From assembly GCA_964519865.1 (NCBI GenBank), contig CAZFLL010000009.1, forward strand, positions 77 to 64,076: a DNA stretch of 64,000 nt, read 5' to 3'. The notes under the pieces are model-generated. The model was not told the DNA's origin. It ran no database searches and was given only the letters and a program-made list of their open reading frames with translations. The position numbers were made by a program, and so were the translations under genes. Below, in pieces: positions 27,362 through 36,924 of this stretch. Every line of letters begins with the position of its first letter. The first letter of the stretch is position 1. This DNA is from an uncultured Chitinophaga sp. (lineage in GTDB: Bacteria; Bacteroidota; Bacteroidia; Chitinophagales; Chitinophagaceae).

Positions 27362-27849
27362 ACAGGGCCGATTTAATACCTCAGAAAATACTGACACGTG
27401 ATCTGGCCATACAGCAGGTGGCCCAATGGAAACTGATGGGAAAAAAAATCGCCTTTACCAATGGGGTTTTTGATATCCTGCACCCCGGTCATATTTTTTC
27501 ATTATCGGAAGCAGCCAGGGAAGGTGATTACCTGGTGGTGGGGTTGAATGCCGATGCCTCAGTAAAGAGACTGAAAGGGGAAAGCCGGCCGGTAAACAAC
27601 CAGGAGTCCAGGGCACTATTGCTGGCTTCCTTGCTGATGGTTGATGCGGTAGTGATCTTTGAGGAAGACACCCCGCTTGAACTGATCAGCGCGATTCTTC
27701 CGGATGTGATTGTTAAAGGAGGGGATTATACCGTGGAACAGGTAGCGGGTGGCAAAGAAGTAATTGCCAATGGCGGACGGGTGGTGATCAATCCGATCCT
27801 GGCCGGGTTTTCCACTACCTCCATTATCGCCAGGATGAAAGAACAATAG
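27358..27849 (+). CDS. rfaE2: D-glycero-beta-D-manno-heptose 1-phosphate adenylyltransferase
   Basis: FTNGVFDILHPGH, GLNADASVKRLKGESRP, KGGDY, FSTT. Confidence 0.93.
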   Translation: MNRADLIPQKILTRDLAIQQVAQWKLMGKKIAFTNGVFDILHPGHIFSLSEAAREGDYLVVGLNADASVKRLKGESRPVNNQESRALLLASLLMVDAVVIFEEDTPLELISAILPDVIVKGGDYTVEQVAGGKEVIANGGRVVINPILAGFSTTSIIARMKEQ

Positions 27850-27931
27850 ACAAGCTTTCCCAAAACTTAATATACAAATGCAGGAGGCTTTGGTAATTTT
27901 ATAGCCCGTTTGACCTGATTAAATACCTCCT

Positions 27932-30025
27932 ATGCCCGAAGTTCCCAAACACAGAACCATTGCCCGAGACATCAGCTGGCTTTCTTTCAATGCCCGTGTA
28001 CTGCAGGAAGCAGCTGACAATACCGTGCCGCTCCGGGAGCGTATCCGCTTCCTCGGCATTTTCTCCAATAACCTGGATGAATTTTTCAGGGTCAGGGTGG
28101 CGACCCTCAAACGAATGATCCAGTTTGGCAGTAAAGCACGTATGCACCTGGAGAATAATCCCCAGGAAATCATTGATGAAATCCAGATGACCGTGCTCAA
28201 CCAGCAGGGTGAATTCAACCGGATCTGGGAAGAATGCCTGGTGGAACTGAATAAGCAGAAAATATTCCTGAAGAATGAAAAAGAACTGACTCCCGCACAA
28301 CAGGAATTTGTCCGGACCTATTATGAAGAGGAAGTGAGTTCCGATATTATCCCGCTGATGATTGAAAATATCCCGGTATTTCCCATGTTGCGGGATAAAT
28401 CGATTTTCCTGGCGGTAATGATGTGGAAAAAAGAGAGCGCCTTTCAGAAAAAGTATGCCCTGATCGAGATCCCGAGCCGGGTGCATGGACGGTTTAAAAT
28501 CCTCCCCTCTCCCAAAGATGAGCAACATATCATTTTACTGGAAGATGTGATCCGTTTTAACCTGCCGGATATTTTTTCCTACTTCGGCTATGACCATTAC
28601 CACGCGCATATATTCAAGGTCACCCGGGATGCGGAAATTGATATCGATGATGACCTGTCCACGAATATTATTCAAAAGATTGAAAAGGGGGTTAAAAACA
28701 GGCGGAAAGGGAAACCGGTACGGTTTGTTTATGACCGTGACATGGACCCCGGTTTGCTTGAATACCTGGTGCGAAGGCTTAATCTCTCCAAGAAAGACAA
28801 CCTGATACCTGGCGGCCGCATACATAATTTCAGGCATTTTATGGATTTCCCGGATGAGGTCTTCCGGGTGAAAAGAAAAAGGAACGCCCCGTTTGACCAT
28901 CCGCTAATGACGGAGAAAAGGGTGTCAGACCTTATCCAGGAAACAGACATCATGCTGCATTTCCCCTACCATTCATTCCTGCCCCTGATCGACCTGCTGA
29001 GGGAGGCTGCTTTTGATCCGGAGGTCACCACGATCAAGATCACCTGTTACCGACTTGCTTCGCAGTCGAAAATCATCAATGCACTGATCAATGCCGTACG
29101 CAACGGAAAAGAAGTGATTGTCATGATCGAACTCCGGGCCCGTTTTGAGGAAGAAGCCAATATAGAATGGAAAAACAGGCTGGAAGAAGAAGGGGCCCGG
29201 GTATTGGTGGAAATACCACACATGAAAGTGCATTCCAAACTTTGCCTGATCCGCAAACGCACTAAAAACAATACAATCCTCCAGTACGGGTTTGTCAGTA
29301 CCGGTAACCTGAATGAGAAAACAGCCCGGATTTATGCGGATCACTGTTTACTGACTTCAAACCCCAAAATCATGGGGGATGTGAACAGGATCTTTCATTT
29401 CCTGGAGCAACCAAAAAGCAGCGTACACTTTCTGAAGGATTGCCGCTATATACTGCCCAGCCCTCATTTTGTCAAAAAAGAAATGATCCGGCTGATTGAA
29501 GAAGAGATCAGGCAGGCCCGAAAGAAAAAACCGGCATCAATCATTCTTAAGATGAATTCGCTATCCGACGAAACGATGATTGCCAAGCTGGAGGAAGCCG
29601 CCAAAGCGGGCGTTCAGATCAAACTGATTATCCGGGGCATTTTCTGCATGTTTACCGAAAGTAAAAAATACCTCACCCCTATCCGCGCGATCAGTATTGT
29701 CGATGAATACCTGGAACATGCACGGGTGTGGGTATTTCACAACAAAGGCAAACAGAAAGTTTACCTATCTTCGGCTGACTGGATGCTGCGTAACCTGGAA
29801 CATCGTGTGGAAGCCACCTGCCCGGTCTGGCATCCGGCCTTGAAACAGGAACTGATTGATATCCTGAACATCCAGTTAGAAGATAATGTGAAAGCAAGGG
29901 TACTGGACAATGAACTGAGCAATTCATATGTAAGAACCACTAAAAAGAAAATCCGGTCGCAGGTGGAAACCTACGACTACCTGCATAAAAAAACACTGAC
30001 CCAACTTGAGACTGGCAGCCATTGA
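27932..30025 (+). CDS. ppk1: Polyphosphate kinase 1
   Basis: RDISWLSFNARVL, SNNLDEFF, HFPYHSF, ELRARFEE, KVHSK, SSADWM-RNL. Confidence 0.98.
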   Translation: MPEVPKHRTIARDISWLSFNARVLQEAADNTVPLRERIRFLGIFSNNLDEFFRVRVATLKRMIQFGSKARMHLENNPQEIIDEIQMTVLNQQGEFNRIWEECLVELNKQKIFLKNEKELTPAQQEFVRTYYEEEVSSDIIPLMIENIPVFPMLRDKSIFLAVMMWKKESAFQKKYALIEIPSRVHGRFKILPSPKDEQHIILLEDVIRFNLPDIFSYFGYDHYHAHIFKVTRDAEIDIDDDLSTNIIQKIEKGVKNRRKGKPVRFVYDRDMDPGLLEYLVRRLNLSKKDNLIPGGRIHNFRHFMDFPDEVFRVKRKRNAPFDHPLMTEKRVSDLIQETDIMLHFPYHSFLPLIDLLREAAFDPEVTTIKITCYRLASQSKIINALINAVRNGKEVIVMIELRARFEEEANIEWKNRLEEEGARVLVEIPHMKVHSKLCLIRKRTKNNTILQYGFVSTGNLNEKTARIYADHCLLTSNPKIMGDVNRIFHFLEQPKSSVHFLKDCRYILPSPHFVKKEMIRLIEEEIRQARKKKPASIILKMNSLSDETMIAKLEEAAKAGVQIKLIIRGIFCMFTESKKYLTPIRAISIVDEYLEHARVWVFHNKGKQKVYLSSADWMLRNLEHRVEATCPVWHPALKQELIDILNIQLEDNVKARVLDNELSNSYVRTTKKKIRSQVETYDYLHKKTLTQLETGSH

Positions 30026-30902
30026 TATCGGGAGTAACGCGGCAAGGCTTTTGATCACAGATGTGAACGAAAATCCGGCAGGGAAAGCTGAATTTATTAA
30101 AACCATGCTGGTACGCGTCCCGCTCCGCCTGGGGTTTGATGTATTTGATAAAGGCGAAATCTCTAAAATAAAGGCGGAAAAAATCATAAAAACCATCAAA
30201 TCCTACCGGCTCCTCCTGGATGTATACGATGTCAGGCACCTGAAAGCCTGTGCCACCTCCGCCATGCGCGATGCGGTCAATTCAGCCGAAATTATACAGA
30301 AAGTAAAGGATGAAACAGGTTTGGAAATTGAGATCATCAGCGGCGACCAGGAAGCTTCTCTGATCTACGAAAACCATATCGCCGATAATATGGCGAAAGA
30401 TGAATCCTATTTATATATTGATGTGGGAGGCGGCAGTACTGAACTTACATTTTTCAGTGACGGGAAACTCATTTTTAAAAAATCATTCAATATCGGCACC
30501 ATCCGTATGCTGAAGAACCAGGTAACCGAAGCGACCTGGGATGAACTGAAGGAATTTATACGGAGCAAGACCAAAGGCTATCATCATGTCACAGCCATCG
30601 GTACCGGTGGTAATATCAATAAAGTATTCTCACTTTCCAAGCGGAAAGATGGCAAGCCACTTAGCCTGGACCTGCTTCGTGAGTATTATAAAGAATTCAG
30701 TAACCTGACCGTTACACAGCGGATCAGTCTCCACAAACTCCGGGAAGACCGGGCCGATGTGATCGTACCAGCCCTGCTGATCTATATCAATATTATGCGC
30801 TGGGCGGATGCAGAAGAAATCTATGTCCCCAAGATCGGCCTGGCCGATGGATTAATTCATACCCTGTACGAGGAAGTGCGGTTACGGGAAATTGAGGTAT
30901 AA
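30006..30902 (+). CDS. ppx: Exopolyphosphatase (Ppx/GppA, short form)
   Basis: AAIDIGSNAARL, ATSAMR, DVGGGSTE, RADVI; 20-nt overlap with ppk1. Confidence 0.93.
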   Translation: MRLAAIDIGSNAARLLITDVNENPAGKAEFIKTMLVRVPLRLGFDVFDKGEISKIKAEKIIKTIKSYRLLLDVYDVRHLKACATSAMRDAVNSAEIIQKVKDETGLEIEIISGDQEASLIYENHIADNMAKDESYLYIDVGGGSTELTFFSDGKLIFKKSFNIGTIRMLKNQVTEATWDELKEFIRSKTKGYHHVTAIGTGGNINKVFSLSKRKDGKPLSLDLLREYYKEFSNLTVTQRISLHKLREDRADVIVPALLIYINIMRWADAEEIYVPKIGLADGLIHTLYEEVRLREIEV

Positions 30903-30932
30903 CCATTCCATTATTCATTTTAACACTCCACT

Positions 30933-31748
30933 ATGTCCGTGAATAAAGAAGTAAAAAGGGTGACAACCCATACTTTACAGAAGATGAAGATGGCCGGAGA
31001 AAAAATATCCATGCTGACGGCCTATGATTTTTCATTTGCCCGGATCATTGACAGTGCAGGTATCGATGTCATACTGGTAGGCGATTCCGCCTCCAATGTC
31101 ATGGCCGGGCATGAAACCACCTTGCCCATTACCCTGGACCAGATGATCTATCATGCGTCCTCCGTGATCAGGGGTATCGAACGTTGTTTTGTAGTGGTGG
31201 ACCTCCCCTTTGGATCTTACCAGTCCAATGCTGATATCGCCCTGGCCTCTTCCATCCGGATCATGAAAGAAACGGGGGCCCATGCGGTAAAACTGGAAGG
31301 TGGTGAAGAAGCACTGGAATCCATCAGGAAAATTATCTCCGCTGGTATACCGGTCATGGGGCACCTGGGTTTAATGCCGCAGTCAATCTATAAATTCGGC
31401 ACTTATGAAGTAAGGGCTAAAGAGGAAAAAGAAGCCGATAAACTCAGAAAGGATGCCCGATTACTGGAAGAAGCCGGTTGCTTTGCGATTGTGCTTGAAA
31501 AAATTCCTGCTGAACTGGCCACCGAAGTATCCGCAGGGTTGTCAATCCCCACCATTGGTATCGGAGCGGGCAATGGCTGCGATGGCCAGGTGCTGGTGAT
31601 GCACGATATGCTGGGAATCAACACTGAATTCAAACCCCGTTTCCTGCGTCAGTATCTCAATATTTTTGAACAATCCAAAACAGCTGTTCAGCAATATATC
31701 AAGGATGTAAAATCCGGCGATTTCCCCAATCAGCAGGAACAGTATTAA
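30933..31748 (+). CDS. panB: Ketopantoate hydroxymethyltransferase
   Basis: TAYD, LVGDS, DLPFGSY, KLEGG, MGHLGL, GIGAG, DGQVLV. Confidence 0.98.
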   Translation: MSVNKEVKRVTTHTLQKMKMAGEKISMLTAYDFSFARIIDSAGIDVILVGDSASNVMAGHETTLPITLDQMIYHASSVIRGIERCFVVVDLPFGSYQSNADIALASSIRIMKETGAHAVKLEGGEEALESIRKIISAGIPVMGHLGLMPQSIYKFGTYEVRAKEEKEADKLRKDARLLEEAGCFAIVLEKIPAELATEVSAGLSIPTIGIGAGNGCDGQVLVMHDMLGINTEFKPRFLRQYLNIFEQSKTAVQQYIKDVKSGDFPNQQEQY

Positions 31749-31826
31749 ATTGTAATGCCACTGTCATACTACCGGTCTGCTGTAAATCAAAAGAAGGCCT
31801 CCCCTAATTTTGCGCAAAACCAACGC

Positions 31827-33740
31827 ATGAACCGATTGAAACGGATATCCCTCTGTATCATTAGTCTTTTTTCCACCTTTGTTCAGGCCCAGGACAGCAC
31901 CGTCCTGCTGGAGAATATTGTAGTAACGGCCAGCCAGGCCGCCCAGCAGCAGAAAGAAAGCGGCCGGAATATTATTTCAGTGAGTGGAGCGGCTTTTTCT
32001 TCACTGCCCATCCATTCACTGGATGAATTACTCCGTTACTTACCGGGCATAGAAATTCAGCAACGTGGGCCACAGGGTGCGCAGGCAGATATCACCATCC
32101 GGGGAGGAACATTTCAACAGGTACTCGTGATTATTGACGGGGTCAAACTGAATGACCCGCTCACCGGGCATTTCAGTATGTATATTCCGGTGCACCCCGG
32201 GGATATAGAACGGGTGGAAATTCTGAAAGGCGCTGCATCTGCTATCTGGGGAGCCGAAGCAGTGGGTGGTGTGGTAAATATTATTACTAAAACCTTTGCC
32301 GGCAAACCGGTAAAAAAAGAATACAAGGCCCGCATACAGGCGGGTGAATACGGACTATTCAATGCCGATGGGTTTATCCGCTGGACAAAGGGGAAATCCA
32401 ATATCAGTGGCGGGTTGCTGACCAATAATGCGGATGGACAAAAGTTAAGGGGCACCAGCAGTTTTTTTCACCTGCACACGGCCAACCTTTCTTTTTCCCG
32501 GCAAATGCAGGGCAACTGGAGACTGAGTATCCGGACCGCTGCAGATTGGCGAAAATTCAATGCGCAGAATTATTATACCAGTTTTGCCAGTGATACTGCC
32601 AATGAAAAAGTGAATAGCGGATGGATCCAGGCAGGACTGCAGAAAAAATATGCCACCGGGCAATTACAGGTTGACGCCGCGTATAAAAAATTAAGGGATC
32701 AGTATTGGTTCAGGCCTTCTTCCCTGCCAAACGATAATCATTCATCCTATTATACAATACAGGCTTATTATACCGGGGAAATCAACAAACAAAACGGGTA
32801 CACCATCGGGGCACAAACGATCCGCAAGTCGATCCGTTCCAATGACCGGGGCAATCATTCTTTATGGCATGGAGCTGTATACAGCATCTTCCGACACAAA
32901 CCGGGCCACCAGTTTTATATTAATGAAAGCCTGAGGCTTGATTGGGATGAAAGTTATGGATGGGTCCTGGTACCACAGGTCAACCTGGCCTGGAGCCCGT
33001 CCCGGATCACGCTACGTGCTGCGGCCGGAAAATCATTCCGCGATGCGGATTTTACAGAACGCTATAACAATTATAATAAAGCGCTGGTCACCAGTGGCCG
33101 TATCGGCAATCCCTCACTGGAGGCCGAGCGATCCTGGAATGCAGAGATCGGGGCCGATTACCATTTTACATCCAGGTTCAGGATCAGCAGCAGTCTTTTC
33201 TACAGGGATTATTCCAACCTGATCGATTGGGCCAATACTCCTTATGCAGATATGCCACGGAAAACAAACCTGGTGCCCACCGGAAATTATTCGTTGGCGC
33301 TGAATGTGGAAAATGTACGCACCAGGGGGGTTGAACTTGATCTTCTTTATAATGAAAAGACCGGTCCCTCCAGCCAGTTATTGCTGATGGGCGGGGTTAC
33401 CTGGCTTCAATCCGAAAATGAGGATTCCGTGCCATCCCTCTATATTTCCTCGCATGCGAAATGGCTGGTAAATCTGACCGCGTCCTGGATGGTGAAAAGG
33501 TTTAATTTTTCTGTTACCGGTATGTATAAGGAAAGGGCGGTCCAGAAATCCACAGCGCTGAATACCGCATTGACACCTTCTTATTTTGTGATCAATGCAA
33601 AAGCAGGCTGGCAATTTACCAGGCAGCGGGGCCGGATTTTTATACAGGCAGATAATCTTCTTGATAAGACGTATAGTGATTTGCTGGGTGCCCTTATGCC
33701 CGGAAGATGGTTATCAGCCGGAATTGAAATAGCTTTGTGA
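31827..33740 (+). CDS. TonB-dependent receptor (start MNRLK; own TAATTTTG -7 at 31805-31812)
   Basis: Plug motifs IRGG, VIIDGV, IERVEILKGAASAIWG-AVGGVVNIIT; C-terminal GRWLSAGIEIAL. Confidence 0.93.
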   Translation: MNRLKRISLCIISLFSTFVQAQDSTVLLENIVVTASQAAQQQKESGRNIISVSGAAFSSLPIHSLDELLRYLPGIEIQQRGPQGAQADITIRGGTFQQVLVIIDGVKLNDPLTGHFSMYIPVHPGDIERVEILKGAASAIWGAEAVGGVVNIITKTFAGKPVKKEYKARIQAGEYGLFNADGFIRWTKGKSNISGGLLTNNADGQKLRGTSSFFHLHTANLSFSRQMQGNWRLSIRTAADWRKFNAQNYYTSFASDTANEKVNSGWIQAGLQKKYATGQLQVDAAYKKLRDQYWFRPSSLPNDNHSSYYTIQAYYTGEINKQNGYTIGAQTIRKSIRSNDRGNHSLWHGAVYSIFRHKPGHQFYINESLRLDWDESYGWVLVPQVNLAWSPSRITLRAAAGKSFRDADFTERYNNYNKALVTSGRIGNPSLEAERSWNAEIGADYHFTSRFRISSSLFYRDYSNLIDWANTPYADMPRKTNLVPTGNYSLALNVENVRTRGVELDLLYNEKTGPSSQLLLMGGVTWLQSENEDSVPSLYISSHAKWLVNLTASWMVKRFNFSVTGMYKERAVQKSTALNTALTPSYFVINAKAGWQFTRQRGRIFIQADNLLDKTYSDLLGALMPGRWLSAGIEIAL

Positions 33741-33750
33741 TCATTAAAAA

Positions 33751-35280
33751 ATGTATATGGAATTTCTGAAGGCCTTACAGATCGGGGCAACCAACCCGGG
33801 TTTGAGTACCGGTACCCAATGGATTCATTCTTCCGGTGAAACGATTGATTCCTATTCCCCGGTGGACGGGAAAAAAATCGCATCCGTTGCCGTGGCAGAT
33901 AAAGCCGGTTATGAAACGGTTATAAAAAAAGCGGAAGAAGCGTTTAAAACATGGCGGCTGGTACCTGCACCAAAACGGGGCGAGATTGTCCGCCAGATAG
34001 GCGAAGCCCTTCGCCAGAATAAAGAACCCCTGGGCAAACTGGTGTCCTATGAAATGGGAAAAAGCCTGCAGGAAGGGTATGGTGAAGTGCAGGAAATGAT
34101 CGATATCTGTGATTTTGCGGTTGGGCTTTCCCGGCAGCTGCATGGATTGACCATGCACAGTGAAAGGCCGGCTCACCGCATGTATGAACAATACCATCCT
34201 TTAGGGATTGTTGGGGTTATCTCCGCCTTTAATTTTCCGGTGGCAGTTTGGAGCTGGAACAGCATGCTGGCCTGGGTTTGCGGGGATGTATGTGTATGGA
34301 AACCTTCTGAAAAAGTCCCCTTGTGTGCAGTGGCCTGCCAGCATATTGTGGCTGAGGTATTCCGGAAAAATAATATTCCTGAAGGTGTTTCAGGCCTGGT
34401 GATCGGCGGACGTGAACTGGGTGAATGGATGGCAGCCGATACCCGGGTACCATTGGTTTCCGCCACAGGTTCCACCCGGATGGGTAAAGCTGTAGGCACC
34501 GCAGTTGCGGCCAGGCTGGGCCGTTCCTTACTGGAACTGGGAGGAAACAATGCAATCATCATATCAAAAGAAGCAGATCTGGATATTGCCATCCTGGGTG
34601 CTTTATTTGGAGCTGTCGGAACGGCCGGGCAACGATGCACCACCACCCGGAGGCTGATTATTCATGAAGATATTTACGAAACAGTAAAAAATAAACTGGC
34701 CGCTGCATATCAGCAACTGAAAATCGGAGATCCCCTGGATCAGCAAAATCATGTTGGTCCGCTGATCGATCAGGATGCGGTAAAAATGTACCTTGATGCT
34801 ATTGCAGCCTGCAAAAAAGAAGGTGGCCATTTTGTGGTGGAAGGTGCTGTGCTCACTGGTTCCGGTTATGAGAGCGGATGTTATGTAAAGCCTTGTATTG
34901 CGGAAGCTCAACCTGGCTACCAGATAGTAAAACATGAAACATTTGCCCCGATCCTCTACCTGTTAAAATACAAAACACTGGATGAGGCTATTTCAATACA
35001 GAATGAAGTGCCGCAAGGGCTTTCTTCTTCCATCATGACATTGAATATGCGGGAAGCCGAACAGTTTCTGTCTCAGGCCGGCAGTGATTGCGGGATTGCC
35101 AATGTCAATATCGGAACCAGCGGGGCTGAAATCGGCGGGGCTTTTGGCGGGGAAAAAGAAACCGGTGGTGGACGTGAAAGTGGAAGTGATGCCTGGAAAG
35201 CCTATATGCGCCGGCAGACAAACACGATCAATTACAGCCATTCCCTGCCCCTGGCACAGGGCATCCGGTTTGACCTGTAA
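33751..35280 (+). CDS. ALDH7 (antiquitin / alpha-aminoadipate semialdehyde dehydrogenase) family
   Basis: ISAFNFP, WKPSEK, LELGGNN, GQRCTT, ETFAP, GRESGSDAWK. Confidence 0.93.
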   Translation: MYMEFLKALQIGATNPGLSTGTQWIHSSGETIDSYSPVDGKKIASVAVADKAGYETVIKKAEEAFKTWRLVPAPKRGEIVRQIGEALRQNKEPLGKLVSYEMGKSLQEGYGEVQEMIDICDFAVGLSRQLHGLTMHSERPAHRMYEQYHPLGIVGVISAFNFPVAVWSWNSMLAWVCGDVCVWKPSEKVPLCAVACQHIVAEVFRKNNIPEGVSGLVIGGRELGEWMAADTRVPLVSATGSTRMGKAVGTAVAARLGRSLLELGGNNAIIISKEADLDIAILGALFGAVGTAGQRCTTTRRLIIHEDIYETVKNKLAAAYQQLKIGDPLDQQNHVGPLIDQDAVKMYLDAIAACKKEGGHFVVEGAVLTGSGYESGCYVKPCIAEAQPGYQIVKHETFAPILYLLKYKTLDEAISIQNEVPQGLSSSIMTLNMREAEQFLSQAGSDCGIANVNIGTSGAEIGGAFGGEKETGGGRESGSDAWKAYMRRQTNTINYSHSLPLAQGIRFDL

Positions 35281-35386
35281 AAAAATCTCCACAGCTGTTG
35301 AAAACATTGAAAACCGGCATATTATGATATACCGGTTTTTTTGTTGACTTTTGCAAACAAACCCATTAATGCAACAATCAACGCCT

Positions 35387-36802
35387 ATGAGAAAGATCTC
35401 TGCTTTCCTCCTCATCCTGCTTGGCTGCGGACTGATGTCTGTTGCCCAGGTCAGAGTGGCCATCGTTGCCGGCGGGCACCAGTCCACGGTACTTGAGGAT
35501 AATGAACTTCCAAACTGGAATGATATAAAAGGATTCTATTCAGGCCGGATTGGTTTTCATACCGGGTTTGTCGCGGACATCGCTTTTTCCCCAAAATCAA
35601 AACTCTTCTTTCAGCCGGGAGTTATTTACTATAACAAAGGCCGTAAATACGAGCAGAGTTTTGAACCTCCTGTTGGCACTATTGTGCGTAAACAAAGCAC
35701 CCAGTACATTAATTACATCGACCTGCCCCTGAACCTGGTACTAAAATTCGGAACGAAAACTAAATTTATAATCGGTGGCGGACCATTTGGCTCTTTCTTT
35801 TATACCGGGAAGGAGACCTCCCAGACAGAATTGAATACAGGAGTGGTGGATTCCGAAGAAAACAGTGATCTCTCTGTAGGCAACCAGCCCGGCCAGTATC
35901 GTACCTATAATTATGGGGTAAACGGATTAGCCGGTGTTGAGTTCCGCGGTTTTTTTATCACGGCCAACTACAGCCGTGGCATGAATGATTTTTATGAATC
36001 CACTTCTTATATCGGCAAATTCCGTCACCAGACGATTGGCGGAACTATTGGCGTTTTCCTGGGTAAAACTGAAAAAATTGAAAAGAAAGTAAAAGACAGG
36101 GATAAAGATGGTATCGAGGATGAAAAGGACAGTTGCCCGGACGAAGCCGGTACAGCAGCCACCAATGGTTGCCCGGATAAGGATGCCGACGGTATTGCGG
36201 ATAAAACCGATAAATGCCCTGATATTTCCGGCCTGGCTAAATACAACGGATGCCCTGTTCCGGATACGGATAAGGATGGTATCAATGATGAATCGGATAA
36301 ATGCCCAACAGAGTTTGGTGTGATCCGCTATGCCGGATGCCCGATACCGGATAAAGATGGGGATGGGGTGAATGATGAGGAAGATAAATGTCCGGATGTA
36401 AAAGGGACCAAACAGCACAATGGTTGTCCGCCGGAAGAGATCAAAAAAGAAATTGTGGAGAAAGTGAATTATGCGGCCAAACGGATCCAGTTCCGCCAGG
36501 CAGAAGCTGTATTACTTCCCCAATCCCTGAAAGTACTGGATGAGGTGGTGAAGATTCTGCTGGACAACCCGGATCTGAAACTGGCCATTGAAGGTCATAC
36601 GGCCAACAATGGGTACTATGACGCCAATATGCGATTATCCCAGCAACGGGCCGACAATGTAAAGGAATACCTGGTTAAAAAGGGCATTAATGAAGACCGG
36701 TTGAAGGCCAAGGGCTTTGGTCCGACCCAGCCGATCACAAAGGGCAAAACCCCGGCTGAAATAGCCCAGAACCGGAGGGTGGAGCTGAAATTGAGTAATT
36801 AA
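35387..36802 (+). CDS. OmpA-family protein: beta-barrel, TSP3 Ca-binding repeats and OmpA C-terminal domain (start MRKIS)
   Basis: D-D-DGI-D--D-CP repeats x4, IEGHT, LSQQRA, NRRVE. Confidence 0.95.
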   Translation: MRKISAFLLILLGCGLMSVAQVRVAIVAGGHQSTVLEDNELPNWNDIKGFYSGRIGFHTGFVADIAFSPKSKLFFQPGVIYYNKGRKYEQSFEPPVGTIVRKQSTQYINYIDLPLNLVLKFGTKTKFIIGGGPFGSFFYTGKETSQTELNTGVVDSEENSDLSVGNQPGQYRTYNYGVNGLAGVEFRGFFITANYSRGMNDFYESTSYIGKFRHQTIGGTIGVFLGKTEKIEKKVKDRDKDGIEDEKDSCPDEAGTAATNGCPDKDADGIADKTDKCPDISGLAKYNGCPVPDTDKDGINDESDKCPTEFGVIRYAGCPIPDKDGDGVNDEEDKCPDVKGTKQHNGCPPEEIKKEIVEKVNYAAKRIQFRQAEAVLLPQSLKVLDEVVKILLDNPDLKLAIEGHTANNGYYDANMRLSQQRADNVKEYLVKKGINEDRLKAKGFGPTQPITKGKTPAEIAQNRRVELKLSN

Positions 36803-36827
36803 TCAGTAAAACCGCCAAATAATTGCT

Positions 36828-36851
36828 AAAGCCCCGGTAATCCGGGGCTTT
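36828..36851 (+). terminator. Terminator after the OmpA-family gene
   Basis: aaagccccgg-taat-ccggggcttt. Confidence 0.8.
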
Positions 36852-36924
36852 ATTTGTGTAAAATGTATGAATGGTAATCATTATTTTTATGCCTTTACCA
36901 AATTTGTAATATAAAATCAGATCA

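Noticed and set aside
27932-30902. Overlapping ppk1-ppx as a novel arrangement
   Set aside because: A ppk-ppx operon is well known, for example in E. coli.
36093-36430. Asp-rich repeats in the OmpA-family protein
   Set aside because: These are standard thrombospondin type 3 Ca-binding repeats of Bacteroidota OmpA proteins.
9040-36851. Near-identical agccccgg/ccggggct hairpins after pnp and the OmpA-family gene as a REP family
   Set aside because: There are only two copies, both with T/A tails in terminator position, so ordinary terminators explain them.
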